Shown in pieces: positions 1 to 13,848 of a stretch of 64,000 bases of DNA. The notes beneath the pieces were generated by a model, which was not told the DNA's origin, did no database searches, and saw only the letters and a list, made by a program, of their open reading frames with translations. This DNA comes from Yuukianura sp. NJ FZ-2021 (taxonomy: Eukaryota), in the NCBI GenBank assembly GCA_046563655.1, contig CM102286.1:2356001-2420000 (forward strand), written 5' to 3'. Position numbers and translations under genes: made by a program. Positions within the stretch are counted from its first letter, which is position 1, and the number at the start of each line of letters is the position of its first letter.

Positions 1-3000
1 ATAGTCAGAGCACAGCATAGTTAAGAGCTCAAGGTGCACAACATTTTTATGGAAACGGTTTTTTCACATTTGGTGCAATTGTGCACAAAAAGGCCCCACA
101 TCTGAACTGAAAATTATGAGCGACGTTTCGTTGCTTAAATCTCGTGAAAAAGGCTTCCTAATATTTTCCTTGAACCGGTTTACGGACAGCCGGTCTAGAA
201 GCCGTATCAATTGTCAACGCCCTTCAGAAGAAAAATGCTCAACCCTTGAGCATCACCCTACCTTGTTCTGAAGTGTGAAAGTGGCTTTAGTGAAAAAATC
301 TCAAATGACGCATTTTTTGAAGTGTGAAGGTGGCTTTAGTGAAAAAATCTCAAATGACGCATTTTTTGAAGTGTGAAGGTGGCTTTAGTGAAAAAATCTC
401 AAATGACGCATTTTTTGAAGTGTGAAAGTGGCTTTAGTGAAAAAATCTCAAATGACGCATTTTTTGAAGTGTGAAAGTGGCTTTAGTGAAAAAATCTCAA
501 ATGACACATTTCTTGAAGCGTGAAAGTGGCTTTAGTGAAACTAAACGGGTTGCAGCTTAAAGGCTAACACAAACAACAGCATCAACATAGGCTAACCATA
601 GCCATAACATAGCAACAACATAGGTTAAACATAGCCATAACATAGCAACAACATTGGCTGAACATAGCCATAACATAGCGACAACATTGGCTATACATAG
701 CCATAACATAGCAACAACATAGCCACAACATAGTCACAACATAGTCACAACATAGCAACAACATTGGCTAAACATAGCCATAACATAGCAACAACATTGG
801 CTATACATACCCATAACATAGCAACAACATTGGCTGAACATAGCCATAACATAGCAACAACATTGGCTGAACATAGCCATAACATAGCAACAACATTGGC
901 TGAACATAGCCATAACATAGCAACAACATAGCCACAACATAGTCACAACATAGTCTAAACACAGCCACAACATAGTCAGAGCACAGCATAGTTAAGAGCT
1001 CAAGGTGCACAACATTTTTATGGAAACGGTTTTTTCACATTTGGTGCAATTGTGCACAAAAAGGCCCCACATCTGAACTGAAAATTATGAGCGACGTTTC
1101 GTTGCTTAAATCTCGTGAAAAAGGCTTCCTAATATTTTCCTTGAACCGGTTTACGGACAGCCGGTCTAGAAGCCGTATCAATTGTCAACGCCCTTCAGAA
1201 GAAAAATGCTCAACCCTTGAGCATCACCCTACCTTGTTCTGAAGTGTGAAAGTGGCTTTAGTGAAAAAATCTCAAATGACGCATTTTTTGAAGTGTGAAG
1301 GTGGCTTTAGTGAAAAAATCTCAAATGACGCATTTTTTGAAGTGTGAAGGTGGCTTTAGTGAAAAAATCTCAAATGACGCATTTTTTGAAGTGTGAAAGT
1401 GGCTTTAGTGAAAAAATCTCAAATGACACATTTCTTGAAGTGTGAAAGTGGCTTTAGTGAAACTAAACGGGTTGCAGCTTAAAGGCTAACACAAACAACA
1501 GCATCAACATAGGCTAACCATAGCCATAACATAGCAACAACATAGGTTAAACATAGCCATAACATAGCAACAACATAGGTTAAACATAGCCATAACATAG
1601 CAACAACATTGGCTGAACATAGCCATAACATAGCGACAACATTGGCTATACATAGCCATAACATAGCAACAACATAGCCACAACATAGTCACAACATAGC
1701 AACAACATTGGCTAAACATAGCCATAACATAGCAACAACATTGGCTATACATACCCATAACATAGCAACAACATTGGCTGAACATAGCCATAACATAGCA
1801 ACAACATTGGCTGAACATAGCCATAACATAGCAACAACATTGGCTGAACATAGCCATAACATAGCAACAACATAGCCACAACATAGTCACAACATAGTCT
1901 AAACACAGCCACAACATAGTCAGAGCACAGCATAGTTAAGAGCTCAAGGTGCACAACATTTTTATGGAAACGGTTTTTTCACATTTGGTGCAATTGTGCA
2001 CAAAAAGGCCCCACATCTGAACTGAAAATTATGAGCGACGTTTCGTTGCTTAAATCTCGTGAAAAAGGCTTCCTAATATTTTCCTTGAACCGGTTTACGG
2101 ACAGCCGGTCTAGAAGCCGTATCAATTGTCAACGCCCTTCAGAAGAAAAATGCTCAACCCTTGAGCATCACCCTACCTTGTTCTGAAGTGTGAAAGTGGC
2201 TTTAGTGAAAAAATCTCAAATGACGCATTTTTTGAAGTGTGAAGGTGGCTTTAGTGAAAAAATCTCAAATGACGCATTTTTTGAAGTGTGAAGGTGGCTT
2301 TAGTGAAAAAATCTCAAATGACGCATTTTTTGAAGTGTGAAAGTGGCTTTAGTGAAAAAATCTCAAATGACACATTTCTTGAAGTGTGAAAGTGGCTTTA
2401 GTGAAACTAAACGGGTTGCAGCTTAAAGGCTAACACAAACAACAGCATCAACATAGGCTAACCATAGCCATAACATAGCAACAACATAGGTTAAACATAG
2501 CCATAACATAGCAACAACATTGGCTGAACATAGCCATAACATAGCGACAACATTGGCTATACATAGCCATAACATAGCAACAACATAGCCACAACATAGT
2601 CACAACATAGTCACAACATAGCAACAACATTGGCTAAACATAGCCATAACATAGCAACAACATTGGCTATACATACCCATAACATAGCAACAACATTGGC
2701 TGAACATAGCCATAACATAGCAACAACATAGCCACAACATAGTCACAACATAGTCTAAACACAGCCACAACATAGTCAGAGCACAGCTTAGTTAAGAGCT
2801 CAAGGTGCACAACATTTTTATGGAAACGGTTTTTTCACATTTGGTGCAATTGTGCACAAAAAGGCCCCACATCTGAACTGAAAATTATGAGCGACGTTTC
2901 GTTGCTTAAATCTCGTGAAAAAGGCTTCCTAATATTTTCCTTGAACCGGTTTACGGACAGCCGGTCTAGAAGCCGTATCAATTGTCAACGCCCTTCAGAA

Positions 3001-6000
3001 GAAAAATGCTCAACCCTTGAGCATCACCCTACCTTGTTCTGAAGTGTGAAAGTGGCTTTAGTGAAAAAATCTCAAATGACGCATTTTTTGAAGTGTGAAG
3101 GTGGCTTTAGTGAAAAAATCTCAAATGACGCATTTTTTGAAGTGTGAAGGTGGCTTTAGTGAAAAAATCTCAAATGACGCATTTTTTGAAGTGTGAAAGT
3201 GGCTTTAGTGAAAAAATCTCAAATGACGCATTTTTTGAAGTGTGAAAGTGGCTTTAGTGAAAAAATCTCAAATGACACATTTCTTGAAGTGTGAAAGTGG
3301 CTTTAGTGAAACTAAACGGGTTGCAGCTTAAAGGCTAACACAAACAACAGCATCAACATAGGCTAACCATAGCCATAACATAGCAACAACATAGGTTAAA
3401 CATAGCCATAACATAGCAACAACATTGGCTGAACATAGCCATAACATAGCGACAACATTGGCTATACATAGCCATAACATAGCAACAACATAGCCACAAC
3501 ATAGTCACAACATAGTCACAACATAGCAACAACATTGGCTAAACATAGCCATAACATAGCAACAACATTGGCTATACATACCCATAACATAGCAACAACA
3601 TTGGCTGAACATAGCCATAACATAGCAACAACATTGGCTGAACATAGCCATAACATAGCAACAACATAGTCTAAACACAGCCACAACATAGTCAGAGCAC
3701 AGCATAGTTAAGAGCTCAAGGTGCACAACATTTTTATGGAAACGGTTTTTTCACATTTGGTGCAATTGTGCACAAAAAGGCCCCACATCTGAACTGAAAA
3801 TTATGAGCGACGTTTCGTTGCTTAAATCTCGTGAAAAAGGCTTCCTAATATTTTCCTTGAACCGGTTTACGGACAGCCGGTCTAGAAGCCGTATCAATTG
3901 TCAACGCCCTTCAGAAGAAAAATGCTCAACCCTTGAGCATCACCCTACCTTGTTCTGAAGTGTGAAAGTGGCTTTAGTGAAAAAATCTCAAATGACGCAT
4001 TTTTTGAAGTGTGAAGGTGGCTTTAGTGAAAAAATCTCAAATGACGCATTTTTTGAAGTGTGAAGGTGGCTTTAGTGAAAAAATCTCAAATGACGCATTT
4101 TTTGAAGTGTGAAAGTGGCTTTAGTGAAAAAATCTCAAATGACACATTTCTTGAAGTGTGAAAGTGGCTTTAGTGAAACTAAACGGGTTGCAGCTTAAAG
4201 GCTAACACAAACAACAGCATCAACATAGGCTAACCATAGCCATAACATAGCAACAACATAGGTTAAACATAGCCATAACATAGCAACAACATTGGCTGAA
4301 CATAGCCATAACATAGCGACAACATTGGCTATACATAGCCATAACATAGCAACAACATAGCCACAACATAGTCACAACATAGTCACAACATAGCAACAAC
4401 ATTGGCTAAACATAGCCATAACATAGCAACAACATTGGCTATACATACCCATAACATAGCAACAACATTGGCTGAACATAGCCATAACATAGCAACAACA
4501 TAGCCACAACATAGTCACAACATAGTCTAAACACAGCCACAACATAGTCAGAGCACAGCTTAGTTAAGAGCTCAAGGTGCACAACATTTTTATGGAAACG
4601 GTTTTTTCACATTTGGTGCAATTGTGCACAAAAAGGCCCCACATCTGAACTGAAAATTATGAGCGACGTTTCGTTGCTTAAATCTCGTGAAAAAGGCTTC
4701 CTAATATTTTCCTTGAACCGGTTTACGGACAGCCGGTCTAGAAGCCGTATCAATTGTCAACGCCCTTCAGAAGAAAAATGCTCAACCCTTGAGCATCACC
4801 CTACCTTGTTCTGAAGTGTGAAAGTGGCTTTAGTGAAAAAATCTCAAATGACGCATTTTTTGAAGTGTGAAGGTGGCTTTAGTGAAAAAATCTCAAATGA
4901 CGCATTTTTTGAAGTGTGAAGGTGGCTTTAGTGAAAAAATCTCAAATGACGCATTTTTTGAAGTGTGAAAGTGGCTTTAGTGAAAAAATCTCAAATGACG
5001 CATTTTTTGAAGTGTGAAAGTGGCTTTAGTGAAAAAATCTCAAATGACACATTTCTTGAAGTGTGAAAGTGGCTTTAGTGAAACTAAACGGGTTGCAGCT
5101 TAAAGGCTAACACAAACAACAGCATCAACATAGGCTAACCATAGCCATAACATAGCAACAACATAGGTTAAACATAGCCATAACATAGCAACAACATTGG
5201 CTGAACATAGCCATAACATAGCGACAACATTGGCTATACATAGCCATAACATAGCAACAACATAGCCACAACATAGTCACAACATAGTCACAACATAGCA
5301 ACAACATTGGCTAAACATAGCCATAACATAGCAACAACATTGGCTATACATACCCATAACATAGCAACAACATTGGCTGAACATAGCCATAACATAGCAA
5401 CAACATTGGCTGAACATAGCCATAACATAGCAACAACATTGGCTGAACATAGCCATAACATAGCAACAACATAGCCACAACATAGTCACAACATAGTCTA
5501 AACACAGCCACAACATAGTCAGAGCACAGCATAGTTAAGAGCTCAAGGTGCACAACATTTTTATGGAAACGGTTTTTTCACATTTGGTGCAATTGTGCAC
5601 AAAAAGGCCCCACATCTGAACTGAAAATTATGAGCGACGTTTCGTTGCTTAAATCTCGTGAAAAAGGCTTCCTAATATTTTCCTTGAACCGGTTTACGGA
5701 CAGCCGGTCTAAAAGCCGTATCAATTGTCAACGCCCTTCAGAAGAAAAATGCTCAACCCTTGAGCATCGCCCTACCTTGTTTTGAAGTGTGAAAGTGGCT
5801 TTAGTAAAAAAATCTCAAATGGCACATTTTTTGAAGTGTGAACATGTCTTTAGCGAACAAATCTCAAATGGAACATTTTTTGAAGTGTGAAAGTGTCTTA
5901 GTGGCTTTAGTAAAAAAACCTCAAATGACACATTTTTTGAAGTGTGAAAGTGGCTTTAGTAAAAAAACCTCAAATGACACATTTTTTGAAGTGTGAAAGT

Positions 6001-9000
6001 GGCTTTAGTGAAAAAATCTCAAATGACGCATTTTTTGAAGTGTGAAGGTGGCTTTAGTGAAAAAATCTCAAATGACGCATTTTTTGAAGTGTGAAGGTGG
6101 CTTTAGTGAAAAAATCTCAAATGACGCATTTTTTGAAGTGTGAAGGTGGCTTTAGTGAAGAAATCTCAAATGACGCATTTTTTGAAGTGTGAAGGTGGCT
6201 TTAGTGAAAAAATCTCGAATGACACATTTCTTGAAGTGTGAAAGTGGCTTTAGTGAAGAAATCTCAAATGACACATTTCTTGAAGTGTGAAAGTGGCTTT
6301 AGTGAAGAAATCTCAAATGGCACATTTTTTGAAGTGTGAAAGTGGCTTTAGTGAAAAAATCTCAAATGACACATTTCTTGAAGTGTGAAAGTGGCTTTAG
6401 TGAAAAAATCACAAATGACACATTTTTTGAAGTGTGAAAGTGGCTTTAGTGAAAAAATCTCAAATGACGCATTTTTTGAAGTGTGAAGGTGGCTTTAGTG
6501 AAAAAATCTCAAATGACACAGTTTTTGAACTGTGAAAGTGGCTTTAGTGAAAAAATCTCAAATGACACAGTTTTTGAACTGTGAAAGTGGCTTTAGTGAA
6601 AAAATCTCAAATGACACATTTTTTGAAGTGTGAAAGTGGCTTTAGTGAAGAAAAACCCAAATGGCACATTTTTTGAAGTGTGAAAGTGGCTTTAGTGAAA
6701 AAATCTCAAATGACACATTTTTTGAAGTGTGAAAGTGACTTTAGTGAAAAAATCTCAAATGACACATTTCTTGAAGTGTGAAAGTGGCTTTAGTGAAACT
6801 AAACGGGTTGCAACTTAAAGGCTAACACAAACAACAGCATCAGCATAGGCTAACCATAGCCATATCATAGCAACAACATAGGTTAAACATAGCCATAACA
6901 TAGAAACAACATCGGCTGAACATAGCCATAACATAGCAGCAACATTGGCTATACATAGCCATAACATAGCAACAACATAGCAACAACATAGCAACAACAT
7001 TGGCTATACATAGCCATAACATAGCAACAACATAGCCACAACATAGTCACAACATAGCAACAACATTTGCTAAACATAGCCATGACATAGCAACAACATA
7101 GCCACAACATAGTCACAACATAGTCACAACATAGTCTAAACACAGCCACAACATAGTCAGAGCATAGCATAGTAAAGAGCTCAAGGTGCACAACATTTTT
7201 ATGGAAACGGTTTTTTCACATTTTGGTGCAATTGTGCACAAAAAGGCCCCACATCTGAACTGAAAATTATGAGCGACGTTTCGTTGCTTAAATCTCGTGA
7301 AAAAGGCTTCCTAATATTTTCCTTGAACCGGTTTACGGACAGCCGGTCAAAAAGCCGTATCAATTGTCAACGCCCTCCAGAAGACCAATGCTCAACCCTT
7401 GAGCATCGCCCTACCTTGTTTTGAAGTGTGAAACTGGCTTTAGTGAAAAAATCTCAAATGGCACATTTTTTGAAGTTTGAAAGTGGCTTTAGTGAAAAAA
7501 TCTCAAATGACACATTTCTTGAAGTGTGAAAGTGGCTTTAGTGAAACTAAACGGGTTGCAACTTAAAGGCTAACACAAACAACAGCATCAACACAGGCTA
7601 ACCATAGCCATAACATAGCAACAACATAAGTTAAACATAGCCATAACATAGCAACAACATTGGCTGAACATAGCCATAACATAGCAACAACATTGGCTAT
7701 ACATAGCCATAACATAGCAACAACATAGCCACAACATAGTCACAACATAGCAACAACATTGGCTAAACATAGCCATAACATAGCAACAACATTGGCTATA
7801 CATAGCCATAACATAACAACAACATTGGCTAAACATAGCCATAACATAGCAACAACATTGGCTATACATAGCCATAACATAGCAACAACATTGGCTATAC
7901 ATAGCCATAACATAGCAACAACATTGGCTAAACATAGCCATAACATAGCAAGTGTGAAAGAAGTGTGAAAGTGGCTTAGTGGCTTTAGTAAAAAATCTCA
8001 AATGACACATTTTTTGAAGTGTGAAAGTGGCTTTAGTGAAAAAATCTCAAATGACATTTTTTGAAGTGTGAAGGTGGCTTTAGTGAAAAAATCTCGAATG
8101 ACACATTTCTTGAAGTGTGAAAGTGGCTTTAGTGAAGAAATCTCAAATGACACATTTCTTGAAGTGTGAAAGTGGCTTTAGTGAAAAAATCTCAAATGAC
8201 ACATTTTTTGAAGTGTGAAAGTGACTTTAGTGAAAAAATCTCAAATGACACATTTCTTGAAGTGTGAAAGTGGCTTTAGTGAAACTAAACGGGTTGCAAC
8301 TTAAAGGCTAACACAAACAACAGCATCAGCATAGGCTAACCATAGCCATATCATAGCAACAACATAGGTTAAACATAGCCATAACATAGAAACAACATCG
8401 GCTGAACATAGCCATAACATAGCAGCAACATTGGCTATACATAGCCATAACATAGCAACAACATAGCAACAACATAGCAACAACATTGGCTATACATAGC
8501 CATAACATAGCAACAACATAGCCACAACATAGTCACAACATAGCAACAACATTGGCTAAACATAGCCATGACATAGCAACAACATAGCCACAACATAGTC
8601 ACAACATAGTCACAACATAGTCTAAACACAGCCACAACATAGTCAGAGCATAGCATAGTAAAGAGCTCAAGGTGCACAACATTTTTATGGAAACGGTTTT
8701 TTCACATTTTGGTGCAATTGTGCACAAAAAGGCCCCACATCTGAACTGAAAATTATGAGCGACGTTTCGTTGCTTAAATCTCGTGAAAAAGGCTTCCTAA
8801 TATTTTCCTTGAACCGGTTTACGGACAGCCGGTCAAAAAGCCGTATCAATTGTCAACGCCCTCCAGAAGACCAATGCTCAACCCTTGAGCATCGCCCTAC
8901 CTTGTTTTGAAGTGTGAAACTGGCTTTAGTGAAAAAATCTCAAATGGCACATTTTTTGAAGTTTGAAAGTGGCTTTAGTGAAAAAATCTCAAATGACACA

Positions 9001-9816
9001 TTTCTTGAAGTGTGAAAGTGGCTTTAGTGAAACTAAACGGGTTGCAACTTAAAGGCTAACACAAACAACAGCATCAACACAGGCTAACCATAGCCATAAC
9101 ATAGCAACAACATAAGTTAAACATAGCCATAACATAGCAACAACATTGGCTGAACATAGCCATAACATAGCAACAACATTGGCTATACATAGCCATAACA
9201 TAGCAACAACATAGCCACAACATAGTCACAACATAGCAACAACATTGGCTAAACATAGCCATAACATAGCAACAACATTGGCTATACATAGCCATAACAT
9301 AACAACAACATTGGCTAAACATAGCCATAACATAGCAACAACATTGGCTATACATAGCCATAACATAGCAACAACATTGGCTATACATAGCCATAACATA
9401 GCAACAACATTGGCTAAACATAGCCATAACATAGCAAGTGTGAAAGAAGTGTGAAAGTGGCTTAGTGGCTTTAGTAAAAAATCTCAAATGACACATTTTT
9501 TGAAGTGTGAAAGTGGCTTTAGTGAAAAAATCTCAAATGACATTTTTTGAAGTGTGAAAGTGGCTTTAGTGAAAAAATCTCAAATGACACATTTCTTGAT
9601 ACGTGAAAGTGGCTTTAGTGAAAAAATCTCAAATGACACATTTTTTTAAGTGTGAAAGTGGCTTTAGTGAAAAAATCTCAAATAGCACATTTTTTGAAGT
9701 TTGAAAGTGGCTTTAGTGAAACTAAACGGGTTGCAACTTAGCCATAACATAGCAACAACATTGGCTGAACATAGCCACAACATAGCAACAACATTGGCTA
9801 TACATAGCCATAGCAT
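1..9816. repeat. Nested (composite) satellite array, running off the left edge of the window
   Basis: The spacer beginning GAGCTCAAGGTGCAC recurs at 25, 996, 1940, 2796, 3712, 4568, 5539, 7177 and 8663. Each unit is a ~240-bp spacer, tandem 49-mers (TGAAGTGTGAAAGTGGCTTTAGTGAAAAAATCTCAAATGACGCATTTTT), a linker (CTAAACGGGTTGCAGCTTAAAGGCTAACAC...) and an 11-bp-based array (AACATAGCCAT/AACATAGCAAC/AACATTGGCTG, 33-bp super-period). Confidence 0.97.
5783..6798. repeat. Locally expanded 49-bp subarray (about 20 copies)
   Basis: Run of 49-mer variants with no spacer or 11-mer block, against 4-5 full copies in the units to the left. Confidence 0.9.
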
Positions 9817-10005
9817 AAATGTTAATAAAAGCTAAAATGTTTTTTACGTTTGTTAATAAAACGAAATCTTGCTTAGCTTTTAGCATCAAGTGGACTGGAG
9901 AAGATTGTTCTAAAGGTAAATCATTCAATTTCGAAATTTCAGAATTTCAGTTTCGAAATTTTGATTACGCAAAGTTGTAAATGCCTCTAATTCAATTACT
10001 TTTAG

Positions 10006-11122
10006 AACTTTGTGACACTGACTGCGGTCAAACGGAGTGTGCATCGGGCGGAGTTGTCAGTGTTCCGAGGAATGGTCAGGCCCCCCCCTGCAACCAACGT
10101 GTTTTTGACAAGCGGTAAGTTCAAACTTTGTTAAAAATTGCAAAAATCAAAAATGGAATAAAATTTTGAACTTCCCGCCTGTTTGTAGGTGTAGGGACCA
10201 TGGTCAGTGCAAAAACGGAACCTGTCTGTGTGTCACCGGGTGGAACGGGAGACGTTGTACTCTTGAAGGGTGCCCCAACAGTTGCAGTGGCCATGCCAGT
10301 TGCAAGGCCAACATGGAAGGACTCTCACTCTGGGGATGTAGGTGTCACAATGGATGGACCGGACCGGAGTGTTCCACCGGAATGGAACAAAACTGCAACG
10401 ATGGACTTTTGTCCGTCGTTGTGCTACCCTAACACCGACAAAGGTTCGAAATATCAAAACTGAACTTTCAACTTTGGTTTTTTGAAATTGAAAAACGTTT
10501 TGAAGCGTTGTTGTTGAATCGTTGTTTTGTCGTTCCAGACGGACTGACAGAAAGTGAGCAACACAAATGTTGCTCTCAACCGTCGTGTGAAAAGAGCCAA
10601 CTCTGCGTTTTCGCTGAGAAACCACGTGAACTCGCTCGGTGATTGGTTGACATTGTATGGATTTCCACCAGAGGCCATCTTTGGCCAGAAGTACACTCGA
10701 CCGACTTCCTTCGAGCCAAAAGTGGACAGTTCCTTGGGGCCAGAGTTTGGCACTGCCAGTGCATTGACATGTACAGCAGAAACGACCAGTTCTGGCTACC
10801 TCACCATGGGCTTCCAACAGCACTCAAAACTCAATCCAGAGAGGATTCTAACTAAAGTGCCAGCCAGAAACTGAGTTTTTGAGCAAACTGTCCAATAAGC
10901 GATCTCCATTCGGTACCGGTTTGTTGCTATCCAGACTCAAAGGCGGGAAAACTCTTGTGAGTGCGGTGGAAAACAGTGTTGTCCAGGGCGTCCTCACTTC
11001 GGTTCTCAACGGTTCGTTGTTTGTGGACTTCCGATCGAGCCATGCCAGTGCCTATCACTTTGTCAAAGACAATCCGCTCAAACTCCGAGATGATCTCGAA
11101 GATCTGAAACGAATCGGCGGAT
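10006..11122 (+). pseudogene. Teneurin fragment: EGF repeats joined to the C-terminal region, frameshifted
   Basis: DHGQCKNGTCLCVTGWNGRRCTLEGCPNSCSGH...CRCHNGWTGPECSTGMEQNCNDG matches teneurin EGF repeats. SPFGTGLLLSR...NSVVQGVLTSVLNGSLFVDF...YHFVKDNPLKLRDDLEDLKRIGG matches the teneurin C-terminal region. The first exon has frameshifts, and a stop plus frame change occurs at ~10872-10880. Introns are retained. Confidence 0.85.
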
Positions 11123-11595
11123 ACACTCACGGAAAAACATGCTACATGAATTCTCAACTCCAGAAGACGTAACGTTCAACTATACTGTTACACGGAATCA
11201 AATGATTCCGTCCAGTTCAGTGTCTAAGTTCTCATCAATTTCGTGCAAAATTTGTTTCAAAATTTTAGTGCTGACGAATCCTTGCCCTCAAAATTAAAAA
11301 TCTTTAACAAAAAAAAAAGTTGAATTTATTTTTTCAAAATTCCATTTTTTATTTTTTAATCAGCTCACCTTCTTTGTCATAGAGCCTTTTGGCTCTATGT
11401 TCAAATGTAATAACGTATCATCTTCGTCTACTTCCGCGATAGACAAAGACAAAAACAAAACATTTTAACGATTTTGAAGTTTTTTTTTTCATTTTTAAAC
11501 AGAAGCTTCCTTTGATGCTCAAAATTGAACAGTTGTTGGATATTTTTAGACTCTTTTTTCCATAAAGAGTGAAACCTTGTACTTTTTTAAACTTA

Positions 11596-12507
11596 CCGTA
11601 TTTTCCCTAATAGTACACCGTACTTTAATAGTACACCGGGTCCCTAATAGTACACCGGGGTCGGGGCCCCAAAAATTAATTAGTACACCGTCCCAAATAG
11701 TACACCGGGTCTCCAATAGTACACCGGGTATTTGGTCTTTGGTAATACACCCAAGGAGTATGCCCAGTGTTGCTGTATGCTTAAACATCCAGTGGCTTAA
11801 TCCATCCGGATATCCAATAGAATAAACCTGGTTGTAGTGGACGGTGAATGCAACAAATTAAAAATTCAGCGGAGTTCAAATAAATTTAAGTTAACTATTA
11901 TAAGATAATTTATTTGCATTTTAAACCGTCTCTCTTGATATGCGCACCCATTGACGAAATATCGAAAAAGTGGATTTCCAGCAACTCTGAGTATATGCCT
12001 ACTGGAAAAGTTTAGCTATATTTAATTAAATACAGTGTTGGTGGATGGATAAAATACTTCTTCCACTTCCCTCAAAAGTGCTGGATATATCCGGATTTTC
12101 TTGGTTTCTTCCGGACGAAACTCAATTTCGTCCATCTGAAACTGGATTTCATCCGGATTTATCCATTTATCCAGTGGATATATCCTGGACGAAATGCTCA
12201 AAAACTGGATATCCACCAACACTGATTAAATACGACAAAAAAAAACATTAATGTTCTTTCTATCTTGTTCCTACACAAGTAATTCTACAAAATACACATC
12301 ATTTAGAGGCTTCTTTAAAAATTTTCCAAGCAAAATTCGAATATTTCTTGCGTAATTCCAATGAGAGGTTAGTAAAAAATAATATGCTTTTTGGGAAAAA
12401 GAATTAATACACCGTCCCTAATAGTACACCAGGTCCCTAATAGTACACCACCCCCAGAAGTCGAAAACAAAATTAGTACACCGGGTGTATTATTTGGGAA
12501 AATACGG
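11596..12507. mobile_element. Non-autonomous Tc1/mariner-superfamily (Tc2/pogo-like) MITE
   Basis: TIRs CCGTATTTTCCCTAATAGTACACC and GGTGTATTATTTGGGAAAATACGG, flanked by TA on both sides (11594-95 and 12508-09). The motif AATAGTACACC is repeated subterminally. Confidence 0.85.
12033..12224. mobile_element. 192-bp hAT-type MITE nested in the Tc2-like element
   Basis: Perfect 14-bp TIRs CAGTGTTGGTGGAT / ATCCACCAACACTG and an exact 8-bp TSD ATTAAATA (12025-32 and 12225-32). Confidence 0.92.
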
Positions 12508-12901
12508 TAGGCCAAAATCAAGTCATAACAAATACTAGTGTAACTCAGAAAAACCAAAATGCGAAACATCCGAAATTGAAAAAAAAAACAGGTTCTGTAA
12601 AAAACGCTTCTGTTTTTGAAATCCATCATATTATTCACACAGAGCAGAGCACAGTTGTCTAATGGTTCATCACTTGGCTCAACTAACTTCTACTTTAGTA
12701 CAGATTCTAGAATGCTTAAAACTCAAGTGGATTTAAAAACTAAAGGCAAGCTAACATTTTCATAACATCCAACAGCCACGGTCAACTTAAATTAAACTAA
12801 ACGTTATTGCTACAATTTGGACACAATCCACATCATTTTGTCCAAAAATACTAAAAAGTTGACCTTTGACAGGTGAATTATCCGTGGTCAGGAGAAGCAC
12901 A

Positions 12902-13848
12902 CTAAGATCCGAAGAGAGTGTCGTCCTTGTACTGTGAAAACATGAGTCTCTTGTCTTTAAGTTGATGAAAGAGTTGCAGAGCGTCTGCGTACTGCAGCAG
13001 CACGTCGCTGAGCCAAGGGACGTAGCACTCTGTCTGAAAACAGTCGAACTTCACATCTCCCCGAGCCTGGAGCATCACATACACTGCAAATACTAATGGA
13101 TGTAAAAACTGACTGCAACATCTTGTTTGAGGGCGGGCAGAAGTGACTTCATGTTGCGACTCGAGATCAGTTCGTCTGTCATCCTTTTCTTAGGAATGAT
13201 GAGTGCATTTCGTCCTTTGTGGAAACAGCTGATGATTGTTGAGCGTATAGAGTGCCTCTTCGGTTGACTTGACAGGATCCTGCAGAGTTGCTTGGAGAAA
13301 GTGAAGACAGTTCTGGAGATGGTTGCAGAGTCCTGGACTTGCTGTAACTTCCAATTCCCATGCAGAATAGAGTGAATATGAGTGCGGCATTTGCTCCGCT
13401 TAATCGTGATGTCAGCCTGCATTCGTGATGTTATTCTGTTCTCCGAGCAGAGTGGCTGTGCACTTGATGGTGTCAAGGGCGTTGCGAGAGGCTGTGGCCA
13501 ACACGAGCTTGTCCAGTTTGAGAGGAGTCAGCAGTCCGCCCACTGGCATCGGAAAATGACGAGCACATTCCTACGTTAAACACAATGTATATGTGAGTTA
13601 ACTCTGTCACATAAAAGGCAAAGGTCAAAAGGTCAAACTGACTGTATTTTATGGATTACCTCGACTACTAGGCTCAGACCACTGAGGGATAACGGAACTT
13701 GATGTTGTAGGATCCAGTCGAATTCTTGCTGCTGTAAAATCATGAAAAAACTTTCATTTTTAAGAGTTTGCATAAACTAGTTAAAACGTTGGTTAAACGA
13801 TTAGAGACTTACCAATGCCAATAGTTCCCACTTCTCCGGATCCGTCAT
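12902..13848 (-). pseudogene. ROGDI: Rogdi homolog, frameshifted copy
   Basis: Spliced MTDPEKWELLAL|QQEFDWILQHQVP...|ECARHFP..., then WKLQQVQD, KGRNALIIPKK, LPALKQDVAVSFYI and ECYVPWLSDVLLQYADALQLFHQLKDKRLMFSQY match the Rogdi family. The last exon needs several frame changes and has an in-frame stop at 13093-13095. Confidence 0.85.

Noticed and set aside
582..9496. Cys/Met-rich ORFs (MAMFSQCCCYV)n on the minus strand, resembling metallothionein or keratin-associated proteins
   Set aside because: They are translations of the 33-bp satellite period, open in several frames and on both strands, with no splice or gene structure.
269..9720. CRISPR-like array
   Set aside because: The repeats are head-to-tail without unique spacers, there are no cas genes, and the context is eukaryotic.
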